Positions 39,866 to 53,244 of a stretch of DNA of 63,938 bases are shown piece by piece; within the stretch, counting starts at the first letter, position 1; every line of letters begins with the position of its first letter. Source of the stretch: Octopus sinensis (taxonomy: Eukaryota). The notes beneath the pieces are model-generated. The model was not told the origin of the DNA. It ran no database searches and saw nothing but the letters and a program-made list of their open reading frames with translations. The translations under genes and the position numbers were made by a program. Location of the stretch: assembly GCF_006345805.1 (NCBI RefSeq), contig NC_043000.1, positions 109,244,063-109,308,000 of the forward strand, written 5' to 3'.

Positions 39866-40150
39866 GAATATTGGGTAATGACTGAAAGACTATGATCAAG
39901 AATACAAGCGACCGAAATGGAATTCCTCTGCAGGATCTCGATGTTACTCGACGGGGTTCATATCTCGGTGATAAAGAAGTCCCTCTACGGAAAGAATCGC
40001 AAGACGGCAGGAGATTTAGGAGCAGACCAAGAACAAGATGCTTGGGTGTAACATCCATGATCTTATTTGCTCATTTGGTCACACTTGAGAATCTAGCAGG
40101 AAAGTATAATGGTGGCGTAATGGCTTACGATAGAACCCTAGGGAGAAGGT
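39866..40150 (+). mobile_element. RTE-clade LINE 3' fragment
   Basis: EYWVMTERL*SRIQATEMEFLCRIS...GRRFRSRPRTRCL...AYDR matches the RTE ExWxxT...IQAxEMxFLRR and GKRxRGRPxxRW...AxDR motifs. Confidence 0.7.
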
Positions 40151-41999
40151 GCCTGAGAGCTTTACCCCCTGATGGAAACGGACGAAGAGATAAATGTACA
40201 ATACTGAGTTTGAATACCTTAGGACACACACCTAGGTACAATAAGGCTTGTAACATAAGAACAAGGTAGAAAATTTATCGAGGAACGATGAGGTAAAGTT
40301 GATACCATTGCACTCGGTATATAACAGGAATTAATTTTCGAAAAGACAAAATCAGTTTTAGCTGGATCTGAACTTGGAAATTATAAGGACGGACGAAGTT
40401 CTGTATTTTGTCTGCTGTTCTCCTGATTCTGCCATTCACTTCTCTTTCGTTATTTACCTCCCTTTTTCAGTTATAATTGGGTAGAAACGTGGGGTGCCAT
40501 AATGGCATACGGTATTTTTAGACCCGACAGAGATCTGATCACAGTCAATTTCTCACAGAAAAGAGAGACTGACAGACACAATTATAAAAAGAGTAAAGGG
40601 GAGAAAACTCTACTCCACTTGCAGACTAGAACATTATTTGGGGTGGAAGGATAGGTTGACCTTGGAGGGATGTGAACTGGAAATAAATTTGATATTTATT
40701 TATAATTTTAAGGCGGTGAAATGGTAGAATCGTTAATGTGTCGGAAGAAAGGCTCAGTGGCATTGCAGCCGGTTTTACGTTCAGAGTTCGAATACCGCCC
40801 AAGTTCACTTTATCTTCCATTGTTTTGGGGTCGATAAAATAAGTACCAGCTGAGCACTGGGTTCGATATGATCCACTTTTCCGCCATTTCTGAAATTGCT
40901 GACACTGTGCCAAAATTAAGGAGCGATATTTGTTTGTGATTTTTCTTGTAAGAAATCGAAACCCTGGCACAAACTATTTTCTGTATTCTATTCACATGTC
41001 ATATTTCATGGAAAACAGAATCAGCTTTTTTAAATCGCAATAAACCAATCGGTTGAGCATCGGACCAAATTCCTTGCGGTATTTTGTTAGACCTTAATAC
41101 GTTTTCATTTGCAATTCTGTTCGTCGTAAAAATGATCAGTACCAGTCATATACCGTGATCTGCTTTAATTGAGTATTCCCATCCCTTACAAGTGAAAGGC
41201 ACATGGCCTGTTGGTTAGAGTATGGCACTTGGGATCGTAAGATCATGGTTTCAATTCCCGACCAGGTTTTTCATTGTATTTTTTAGCAAAACACTTCATT
41301 TCATGTTGCTCCCGTCCAGTCAGTCATAAAAGAGTTGGACTGGCATAGTGGGAGGGGTTTGTTATATTGGTCACTCTAACGCCATGGAAACCGAATGACC
41401 AGTCCTATTTATATCCCCTGAAAGTGTGTAGCATTTTGCCCGTGCCAGTTAAGAATAAATGGAGAAAATAAAACTGGGAAGACCTGGAAATATTTTCCAG
41501 AAAGAAAATGCCGGGCGTGAGATAAAAGGGAGTTCTAAACAATATGTAAAAAAGAGAAAAAACATCTTCGGAGTCAATTGATATGTGCAGTCAGCTACGT
41601 AACTCGTATAAAATTTACTTTCTGCGCTAATGTGTCTCTATCTTATTTATGTAGAGCTAACCTAAACAAGGCATGTGTATGAGTTTTGGGGGTTTTTTTT
41701 TTCTCTTTTCAAATTTATAACCTGCGCTTGCTTTTTCGTACTAAAATTCCCGGAGTTGTAAAATTAAAGGGGGCTTGCTTCAACAACATTTTGAAACCAA
41801 GCAGGTCAACATCAACTAAAATTTTTGAATTTATCTTCTTCACTTGAAATAATAAAAGAAACGAAAAAGAAAGACATACAAATGCTTGTATTTAGTTTGT
41901 TTATAAAGAAAGTATTTACTAGACAAGACTGCTTGAGGAAACTAAATGTTTATTAAGAGTAAGGAATAAGAAACCACACGCACGCGTATGTACACGGTG

Positions 42000-42075
<76 letters not shown>

Positions 42076-43494
42076 TGGTTGTGTGTGTGTGTATGTATGT
42101 ATACATATACATATATATATATATATACACATATATGTATGAATATTTATGAGTGTGTAAGTATATGTATATATGTTTATGTATACATTTACTATACATT
42201 TACATTTATACAAAGATGTATATACTTTTATATACACATATATGCATACATATATATATATATGCATGTATATTTATATGAATGTGTGTATATATATATA
42301 CACACACACATACATATACATACATACATATATACATATATATGTATATATATATATACATACATATATATACATACACATATACATATACATACACACA
42401 TACATACATATATGCATTCATACATATACATACATATATATATATATATATAGGCTGACTATAAAACAAAGCATGGCCTTTGTGTCACCTGAGCAATATC
42501 TACGATAGGAAAGTAATCGTAAAATTGCAACGAAGTTTTAGTAAACTAAACGTAATTTAAACTGAAGTTTGTGGGAAGGGCGAGTGGAAGAGCATGTTTA
42601 GTACATCTTCAGCTCAAGATGTTTAATTAAAATTACATCCGTTATAAATAAGAAAAAAAAAACATTAGCGTTAATGCTACAATTACCTACATGAGGGTTT
42701 GTTAAGCTTAATTAAACTGGATACTCTTTCTTCCATAAAATTAAACTGTTTATTCATAAATAAAACCTCTGCATCTTTTGTCAGATATTTTAACTTTATT
42801 TTTTTCTTCTATTCTCACAAATATTGTAAATAGCTCCATAAAACTTCAGTTCTATAGTACTTAGCAGCGAAGTGCAGGCCCCCTGGTCTACTCGTTATCT
42901 TTTGATCGTGGTTTCGATTCTAGGACCTGGTGGTACTTGTGTTCTTGAAGGAAACACTTCATTTCACATCGTTCCATTTCACTCAGCTGTAAATGAGAAC
43001 TAACCCTGCGACGAACAAGGATTCCGCCAATTAGGGCGAACAATGTGATCTCTGTCACTTATACATCATGGAAACTGAGTAACCGACGGCGCCTACGAGT
43101 TTTAAGCCCTGGAACCTATGAGTCTTTGGGTTCTAGACAGTTATGTCAATGGGTTGATGATGAGGAGGAAATGCAATTAAATGACCTATTGATTAAGATT
43201 AACTAAATTTACTTTGACTGAAATTGCTGTGCGTCAGCAAGACATTCTTTGTTCATGGTGGATTGTAAATGATGTTGTCGTTGTCAATAGTGTTATTGAT
43301 GTTGTTGATATTATGTGACGGTGGTGGAGATTTTGAATGAATTTTGAATGGATAAAAGTCAAACCAATAATCCATTCTTTAATATTCGTTTGGCACTTCA
43401 TTGATACCTCCCAAATACAGGTCCGATGTTCTTTGTTAAAAGACGACACGAAATTCTATTTTCAAACCACCGCCGATATGGACTTATATATATA

Positions 43495-43660
43495 ATCAAT
43501 TCAAATAAACAGTTCAAATAAACGAACAAAAAAATGAAAATAAGAAACAACGAACTTGAAGATGTGCACAAGAAATGTATTTGGTGAAAGGAGAGATTTT
43601 GATGTTTCGAGCATAGCTCCTCGTCAGAAAGGAGAAAGGAAAAAGTCCAAAGATGGAGAA
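43495..43660 (-). mobile_element. PLE pseudo-LTR (family B) with a minimal hammerhead at 43598-43630
   Basis: Minus strand reads CTTT CTGACGA G GAGC TAT GCTC GAAA CA TC AAAA. Co-linear with the split copy at 59620-59723 plus 61561-61610. Confidence 0.7.
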
Positions 43661-43694
43661 AAAATCTCCAACAGCACAGTGTACTCACATTGCT

Positions 43695-43749
<55 letters not shown>

Positions 43750-43767
43750 TAGATAGATAGATAGATA

Positions 43768-45108
43768 CCACAGAGCTGACAACAGAGGGGACAAATACAA
43801 ATGTACAGCTTTTCTTTTCAAAAAGGAAAAAGAAAAAGGGGAAAAAAAGAGAAAAAAAGTAAAATTCCGATTAAAAGGGATTGGGGGGGATCAAAAGGGA
43901 TCGTGTATCACAGAAGAATTTTAAAATGTAAGAAACAAGATCAGGTTTATCCGTGGAAAGAAAATCCTGCGGAAAAGACCACGGTAACCTCAGGCACAGA
44001 GGGAATAAACATATGACAGTAAAGTACTCTCTCTCTCTTTCTCTCTTTTTAAGATTTACAGGATCATGCTCAAAATAGTTTCGTCACTCGCACGCACCAT
44101 TTTTGCTACATTCACACTTTTTTTTTTAAACTTTCACGAGACAAAACCTGCCTCTCCATTCTCACCTTTCTCATCAAGTGATACTTGAAAAAGTTAATGA
44201 GCGATTGGCCAGAGAGGTAAGTGTTTGTCTCTAATCCTTTCGCTTGAGTATGCGTTCCAGTTTGGTGATGGTAGGGTCGGGACAAGGCACGACGGTCAGA
44301 CGGTACTCAATGACGGATGCGATGTACGCGTTCTCCACTTCCGCCGTCGTTCTTTCGCCCCAGTTCTTCTCCATTTGTTGGTCTGGACCGAACCAGACTC
44401 CGAGCAATTTAACTGGTTCGTCGGTTCAGCGTCCCACGATGGAGACACTGTTGGACGGCATTGGCTTGCTTCTCCAGTTGCCGAGCCGCACATCCACTGA
44501 CTTTTCCCGCCTATTTTTGCTCCCGTAACCGCTTCATATTCTTTTAGTGTCTCGCCGACCAGGTCGATGTGCCTGTGGATCGACACTATGATGACGTCAT
44601 CCGCGTATGTAGACACGCTCCTCTCGCATCCCAGCTCTCGTGCAATGCCCCTCCCCCCAGCGTCGCCAGCTTCTGCAGTAGTGGCTCAAGAGTCAATACA
44701 TACAGAAGCGAACGCATGATGTTAAATGGTCTGGATAGATGACCATTTACGCGAGCTACCAAGCGAATGCTGCTGTAATAAAGCAGTGATCCAACCGCGG
44801 AAGATGGGACCGAAACCATCCGCTTTAAGGACAGCCTCCAAGTGGTGATGGTCTACCCTGTCGAAAGCTTTTGATTGATCCAAATTCATCAACGCCCTAT
44901 CCATGCCAAGATCCTTAACTACCTTGTATATGATGTAGCGCATCAGATGGAGGTTGTCATGAATACCCCTACCCGGCAGAGCGCACGTTTGCGCCTTGTC
45001 GACTAGTTTCTCGATGACAAGCGCCAACTTCTCGGCTAACACCTTAGCCAAAATTTTCAAATCTTCGTTGAGCAAAGTGAAGGGGCCTGAAGTAGTCTAT
45101 GACGTTCC
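43768..45108 (-). mobile_element. 5'-truncated Tx1/L1-like non-LTR retrotransposon (RT, deleted C-terminus, 3' UTR) between (GATA)n tracts
   Basis: With frameshifts: FRP..TLLNEDLKILAK...NLDQSKAFDRVDH..L..VL...GFGP.FR.WI, RVNGHLSRPF, LLYVLTLEPLL, TYADDV and YRLTVVPCPD. DQxKAFD is typical of Tx1-like RTs. Confidence 0.85.
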
Positions 45109-45194
<86 letters not shown>

Positions 45195-45199
45195 TACCC

Positions 45200-46008
<809 letters not shown>

Positions 46009-46800
46009 CGAGATATGATCATCATCACCAGGTTTCAAACACTAAGATGAATGCAACAGAAATCCAATCCGAAACATTCTGGATGTGACCACTCTGTCTA
46101 TTCATGGACGACGTAATTAATTCTACACAATTTTATCCTCTCGCTACATAAAACGGCATGATGTTACTTGGGGGAGAATTGAGTACTATTTCTAGCGAAC
46201 AGAGGGACTTCTTAGAAGACTCCCCCCACACTTCGTTAGCAGGATTATTCAACGGATGGATAATAAAGTTTGTTTCCTCCTTTGATTAGTTTCTGAGAAC
46301 ATACACACTCCATCTTCACTTTTCGTTTTACTGTTTCTTTTCGTTTTTGTTTTTCTTGTAAGTCAACGTAATTCAATATGTTTATTTCCCAATGGTACCG
46401 GTGCCATATGGCATCACAGATAAAGAGTGAGTGAGTCTGGGAGTCTTTATGGTACCTAGCTACTTTTAATACGAACGATGACGTCATAACCAATTACACC
46501 ACATCTCCAGGTTTTCCCATATTTCTTTTTTATGATTTTTGTTTGTTTTTGTACTTTCTTTTTCCTTTTCTGTCTGTTTGTAAATCATTCTTTTACAAGC
46601 ACAGTCACAGCGGGCGATGTCAAATGAACGGCGAAGAATCGTTACCATCAAGATATACATACATGTACACATGTGTGCATGTGTGTCTGAGGGTACATGC
46701 ATGCATATATGTATATACATTTGCTTGTGCATGTATATATATATATATAATATATATATATATATACATATACATGCACACATATGCACATACGCATACA

Positions 46801-46831
<31 letters not shown>

Positions 46832-46877
46832 CTATATATATATATGTGTGTGTATATATGTATATATGTATATATAT

Positions 46878-46922
<45 letters not shown>

Positions 46923-46981
46923 CTATATATATATATATGTATATGTATATGTATATATATATATATGTATATGTATATATA

Positions 46982-47044
<63 letters not shown>

Positions 47045-47322
47045 GTATATATAATCAATTGTACTTAACCATATCAGGACTTATAACCGGTTGTTAGAAC
47101 TCGATATACTTATGGAACCCGCTATTCTTGAGGTATGGCTACAAGATGTTGGGAATCCACAGGCATCCTCTTCTTTGCACTTCTAATTAAATGCAACATA
47201 AATACATAACACTGATCATCAATTGTCCATGTGTGAGCATACATTGCTATGTATGACTCTGTGTGTGTGTGTGTGTGTGTGTGTTGTGTGTGTGTGTGTG
47301 TGTGTGGTATGTGTGTGTATAC

Positions 47323-47670
47323 AACTTATAAACAAGGGCAAAAGAAAAGAAATTCTAATGCCAAATATGCCGAAAATAGACAAATCGTCTGACGAGGAGA
47401 AAATTCTTATGAATTAACTCTGAAACTGGGACCGATACGATAATAACGGAAATTTTTAGAAATTTCTGTCGGCTTACTTCGAGACGCGTGCTTATAGCGA
47501 TAAATTATATGGTTATTGACGATTTGTCTATTTTCAGCATATTTGGCATTAGAATTTTTTTCTTTTGCCCTTGCTTATAAGTTATTTATAAATTTAACCT
47601 TTAAAGGTATTTTTTTAATATGCTGGCCATTGATAGAATTTTTTTCGTAAAATGTTATCCTATATTAGAT
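47323..47670. mobile_element. Probable PLE pseudo-LTR with ~66-bp inverted arms and a degenerate hammerhead (47383-47441)
   Basis: Arms at 47323-47389 and 47518-47583. Between them lies ATCGT CTGACGA GGAG..hairpin..CTCT GAAA CTGGGACCGA TA CGAT. Confidence 0.6.
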
Positions 47671-47672
47671 GT

Positions 47673-47721
<49 letters not shown>

Positions 47722-47725
<4 letters not shown>

Positions 47726-47950
47726 TAGCAGAGATACCTGGCGTTGCCGGTTACATTCAATTGAAGAATTAGACTTTTCTGTTATATTTTCTGTAATGAA
47801 CTGGAATATCTATGTTTCGAATTTCATCAAAATTGCAGATGAGGGTTATTTCCCTCTTTACACACCCTAAAAAATTTGTAATCGTGCCGCATGTATCCCA
47901 TACTACTGATTTTTATGCGCATATTCCAAAATTCCAGTGTTATTGAACCT
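47722..47950 (+). mobile_element. Probable Helentron/Helitron-type non-autonomous element, 5' portion
   Basis: Starts ACTAGCAGAGATACCTGGCGTTGCCGG, resembling ACTAG..ACCCGGCGTTGCCCGG ends. GAATTTCATCAAAATTG follows. Confidence 0.45.
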
Positions 47951-48255
47951 GTTAGAAAGGTTTTGCTCCTAAAAAATGAAGGTCATGGAGCTCTAAAATG
48001 TGAGAGTTAAGACCTCTGTTGGGGGTGGGCATCTTAATGTTAACCAGAGAAGTTGAATTGTTGAAAATCTTTTTAACTTGGGTGTTATTTCTATTGTTTG
48101 AATTTCTTTGAAATAGGAAATATATGTTCACTGGGTTTGTAAAAGAGAGCAAAGCTACAGGAAACCAAAAGACGAATGATCACAATAAGCAGTTAGTTAC
48201 CCTACCCTAGTCGTTACTTGAAGTACCGGTTCAAGAACTATGTTATATATATATA

Positions 48256-48291
<36 letters not shown>

Positions 48292-48639
48292 TATACATAT
48301 ATGTATATATATATATATATATTTATACACACTCACATATACACACATACACAAAGATAAATTGATAGATACAACTGAGTAGGCAAACAAAAATATGAGA
48401 CACTTCGTAGTGCTGTTTCATATTTTGATAAGCCTGGTACTTATTCTATCAGTTTCCTGTTGTGAAACCAGTAAGTTTTGGAGATGTAAATAAACGAACA
48501 CTAGTTGTGAAGCAGTGATGAGGGAGAAACACGAAGACACACACATAGACTTACATATATACATACATATATATACAATTGATTTCTTTCAGTTTCTGTC
48601 TACAAATTCCTCCTCTTGAAAATCTTAGAATTTGAGAAG

Positions 48640-49420
48640 CAATACAAGGACTAATGACCTCGAATTCTTAATAATCATGACCACCGGGATTCACAATTGG
48701 TTCATGAGGATATCTACAGGGTAAAAGAGGACGGTGATCTGTTGTCAAGGTAACCTTAGGAAATTATGATAGGGCTGATTCTAACAGACTTCGTTTGATT
48801 GTTAATCATGAATAGTTTTATAATGTATACATCCCCGCCACAATCCATCATGTACAGAGACAGCGGCCTGGCAGTATTAACTAACTTGAATACCCATATT
48901 ATGGGTAAATTTAAGGATTAAGAGGAATATTCAATGAGTTTGATTAAAATGTACCCATTATCATCAATCTAACAAGCTAATCTCTTGGACATTACCCAAG
49001 ACCTTAGGATAAGCAAATATTATTCCTATGAAAAATCTAACGAGAAAACTGTATATACATAGGAATTAGAAGCGCGCGACCCCCAACTAGAGTTAGCAAA
49101 GCACATCAAATGAAGAATCACTAATTTATTCCCAGACAGAGATATCTTCGATAGAACCGCGCCCCGTTATAATGAGGCATTAGTGAGAATTACCTTTAAC
49201 GAGTAAATAATGTGTTGGGAGTATTCCCTCGAAGAGATTAATGAAAAGAAAAAAAAGCCTGGTTATATTCCCCAATTCAATCTATATAACTAGCCAAACA
49301 TCACTAGGAACTTTCTAGGCCGCACTTTTCAAGAATACTGTAAACATTTTAAAGCGCATGATGTTAAGATGAGCGGTTCATGCTTAATGCACATTGTAAC
49401 ATATTAAATCTGTTCAAAGG
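48640..49420 (+). mobile_element. Decayed Penelope-like RT/linker remnant related to 53732-55724
   Basis: ANLLDITQDL..KYYSYEKSNEK...RITNL...DIFDRTAPRYNEAL, then WLYSP and NITRNFL...VKMSGSC, corresponding to VNFLDVTLDL, WFNPP and VKxSYSC. Confidence 0.55.
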
Positions 49421-50246
49421 AACTTTTGTCTGGCATATATTCTCCATCAAATAAGTGTCAACGGAACTTCACTTCCTGTTTTATCTGGAGACACCAGAAA
49501 ATATCTACACCCACTTTAAACAGGAGAGTTTTCCACAAAACGCCGCCCTTTTTTGCCCGGGGCACAACAGTTTCATCTTTGTTTCAACGAGAAATTACAC
49601 ATCTTGCAACAGCCAGATGCAAATATTAACAACAAAAGTGAGTTATTCTGATGTACGTGCGCATGTGTGTGTGAGTGCGTGTACGCTTGTGTATGCGTGT
49701 GTATGTGTGTGTGCGCATTTGTGTGTGCATGTATATGTGCATTGAGGTAAGTATTAACACCACAAATCTGCTTTTGCTCTTTGTTATGATGTCACCTCGA
49801 TAATCGTTTTTACTTCAAAGTGATTTTGCGAGGAAATATAGAAGCATTTAATTTCTGAAATACCTCACACGTCTCAGTTAAATTTTAATTCCCTTCTAAT
49901 GCGGATTTCAGTGATTGAGTAAATTTCGATAAAGGTGCACTCACGAACGCGCGCACACACTCACACACACGCGCACACACAACACGCATCAGTCGTTGTC
50001 TGTCTATGTCTTTGTGACCAATAAGTAAAACGACTGGTGTCTCATATAATAGCGAAGAGACTCCTGTCAGCGAGGTGTCGTTACATAACACTAACAAAAC
50101 CCGATCCACGACTAACATACAACAAACTCTTTATTCCGTTTTGTCTCTCCTCCTCTCACACACACAGATTGCCTCCTACTCTCTCTTCCACACACATGAA
50201 TTTATATCACGCAATTATATATACATACATGCACCCATCCATACAT

Positions 50247-50636
50247 GAGTGGCTGTGTGGTAAGTAGCTTGCTAACCAACCACATTGTTCCGGGTTCAGT
50301 CCCACTGCGTGGCATCTTGGGCAAGTGTCTTCTGCTATAGCCCCGGGTCAACCAAAGCTTTGTGAGTGGATTTGGTAGACGGAAACTGAAAGAAGCCTGT
50401 CGTATATATGTATATATATATATATGTGTGTGTGTGTCTGTGTTTGTCCCCCTAGCATTGCTTGACAACCGATGCTGGTGTGTTTATGTCACCGTCACGT
50501 AGCGGTTCGGCAAAAGAGACCGATAGAATAAGTACTAGGCTTACAAAGAATAAGCCCCGGGGTCGATTTGATCGACTAAAGGCGGTGCTCCAGCATGGCC
50601 GCAGTCAAATGACTGAAACAAGTAAAAGAGTAAAAA
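50247..50636 (+). mobile_element. Full-length tRNA-derived CORE-type SINE (OR2-like)
   Basis: A-box TGGCTGTGTGG, B-box GGGTTCAGTCC, CORE CTTGGGCAAGTG, an internal TA/TG microsatellite, and the 3' end GGCCGCAGTCAAATGACTGAAACAAGTAAAAGA. Confidence 0.85.
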
Positions 50637-51092
50637 GAGAGAGAGCGAGTAATATATATATATATTATATACATATATATATACACAAACACACACACAC
50701 TCACTCAAATATATGCAGTATATTTAAATACTCGCATACACACATACGTATATGTTACGTGCTTATTTTATTGAAACTTGACCAAGCTGTTGTATATTTG
50801 GTGTTGTTTGATATTATGTAATATCACACATTTTTTACAGGGAGATGAATCAGCTTCTAAATCGAAGATTGCACCCAGTTCTATAAGGTTGTGTCATAAT
50901 TTTGAAGACTAACTTCTGGAACAATACGAATAACTAGAAAAACAACAACATAACATCATTTGATTTTCTGTAAGGTAGCTAAAAATTATTATAAAAATTC
51001 CAATTTAGCAGTTTAGGTAGAAGGTCACAAATCCAGTTTGATGATGCATCTGTTGAATCAGCCTATGTGTGCGTATGTGTGTGTGTGTGTGG

Positions 51093-51123
<31 letters not shown>

Positions 51124-51201
51124 GTGTGTGTGTGTTATTAGGATAGATATATAACCAACAGACAAATGATAAAGGAGTGGAATTGAACTTGTGCATATGT
51201 T

Positions 51202-51785
51202 GTTACCTCCGCCTTAGCGAAGGCAGAGGCATTGTTTTCAGTCGCGTTTGTTTGTTTGTCTGTCTGTATGTTTGTCCGTGGACAAGATATCTCAAGAACC
51301 GCTGGATGGATTCGGATGGAACTTTCAAGGATATTTGGCCTCGTGATGATACGAACTGATTAGATTTAGGGATCGATCCGGTACCGGACAAGGATTCTGG
51401 ATTATTTGTTATATTTAGTTAACTTTACATTATTACGATCTTACGTTAACTTTCAGGTCTTTCTCAATTATCTCCCTTTAGGCTACAACTATTTTGAATG
51501 GTGAATTTCGCTTGTATTGGATAAGGATAAACTATTTATTACTGTTACTGAATTTTCTATAGCCACCTTCACATTCCATGACTACCATTGGGGATTTTGG
51601 ATTAGTTTTCCGTTTTTTTTTTACTTAATTTTTGAGAGCGATCGGGTTCATTTTTAGTATTATCGTATGTGAGAGCAGTGGAGTTTATTTCAGATATTCT
51701 CATTTTAAAAATTATCTCTGGCTAATCGTTGAGAGGACGTTGGTGTTGCCTTGACGGAGGTTTGCGCTCTCTGAGTGCTCTTGTT
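51202..51785 (+). mobile_element. Helentron-associated non-autonomous element (HINE/DINE-1-like)
   Basis: 5' TTACCTCCGCC, an internal (GTTT/GTCT) microsatellite, the 3' sub-terminal inverted repeat GACGGAGG, the short hairpin GCGCTCTCTGAGTGC, and an end in TT. Confidence 0.75.
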
Positions 51786-51849
51786 ATTATTGGAGCATTG
51801 ACTCTCCCAAATGACTCTCTCCCCGCAATCGCTCCGCCGTTCTCCGTCT

Positions 51850-52385
51850 CTCGTTTCCCCCTCAACTACCACCCCTCCATCCTACTTCTCCATTCGCTGA
51901 GCCAGTCCGACCACCCACCTCGCACATCTTCCCCAATCTACCGCTTCCCTCCTTCAAACGAGCCCACAACCTACGTGACCTCCTGGACCACAGTTTCTTC
52001 CCTAAACCCACCTCCCAGCCTGGCTCGTTCCCCCTGCTCCCGCCCACGCTGACGCATCCTCATAGACACTCATCATCGTCCCTATCATATCACGAGTCCT
52101 TTACTTGCACTTCTAGCAACGTCATTTACTGCATCTCCTGCTCTTTCTGTCCTTCTCTGTACAATGGTCAAACGGGATGCTTGGCTGACTGGTTCGTGGA
52201 GCACGTGACAACCCGGTCTCGCACAATTTCCGCTCTACTGGTTATTCACTACAACACCTGTCTGTGCTCGGATTGTCTTTGCACACGGGCCATCCGGACT
52301 CCCGCCTTCGCCGTAAACAAGAATTAATTTTCTCTCTTCGCTCCTTTGCGCCAACTGGGCTCAACTCCCCTCCTCTCTTCATCGG
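51850..52385 (+). mobile_element. Penelope-like (Neptune/Poseidon-type) linker plus GIY-YIG endonuclease 3' fragment
   Basis: LNYHPS...PNLPLPSFKRAHNLRDLL..PCSRPR...FTCTSSNVIYCISCSFC..LYNGQTG...EH...PVSHNF...RKQELIFSLRSFAPTGLN, with frameshifts. Confidence 0.8.
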
Positions 52386-52419
52386 ACACCTGCCTCCTCT
52401 CTTCACTCCTACCCAACTT

Positions 52420-52780
52420 CTCTCTTAATTGATAGCCCCTCCACACACACACACACACACACGCACACTTACACATTCTTACATATATACATACGCACGC
52501 GTACCTTCGTTTTGGGAATCACCAATACTTTATTATCTCCCCTTCTTTCTACCTCTTCTGTCAGACCTTTTTTCCCCAACCAATCGCCATGCTTGGTCGC
52601 TAAATGCACAAGTTCTTTTTTTATTCTCTCTCTGTTTATTTTCTCTTATTCCTTTCTGTTGAAGCGCGTAGGCTCGAAACATAAAAAGCTTTCTCACTTT
52701 CCCGAGCGTCGAAATGATACACCTGCTTGCTATTTATACACCTGTCTTCGTCTTTTGTTTTTCTGTTAATTTCAACTATA
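52420..52780 (+). mobile_element. Pseudo-LTR (family C) directly downstream of the GIY-YIG fragment; variant hammerhead at 52652-52688
   Basis: CTTT CTGTTGA A GCGC GTAG GCTC GAAA CA TA AAAA. Co-linear with 17915-18245. Confidence 0.75.
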
Positions 52781-52786
52781 TTCCCA

Positions 52787-52854
<68 letters not shown>

Positions 52855-53244
52855 CAAATACAGTGTACATTTGAACACATAAGAGGTATCCATCATAGGA
52901 TTACTTTTACGCTAGGAAGAACAGATAAAGTTCAAACCACTATTAGGAATAAAAACTCTTATGTGTTTAAATGTACACTTTATTTATATGAATAATATAT
53001 AGTCTACTGACTAATTTTTCTACGCGCTAGGCCACAGGTAGTAAAAAGAAATTTCTAAAATCTTTATTACCTTGATATTATTAATTATTGTTAAATTTTT
53101 CTGGAAAATTGTTCGAAGAAATTCCAGTATTTTTTGCTGCCGACAAAAAACTGCGCTTGTGCAGTGGATTTGAAAAAATTATAATGTATAAGCAAGGGGC
53201 ACATGCTGGATCTGCCTCGTATTTATATGTTTAATCTCAGCGTA

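Noticed and set aside
50247-50320. tRNA-like A/B boxes (also at about 609, 11045, 12612, 28460, 41205 and 45950)
   Set aside because: These are SINE heads continuing into CORE or Nin-like bodies; no complete cloverleaf is present.
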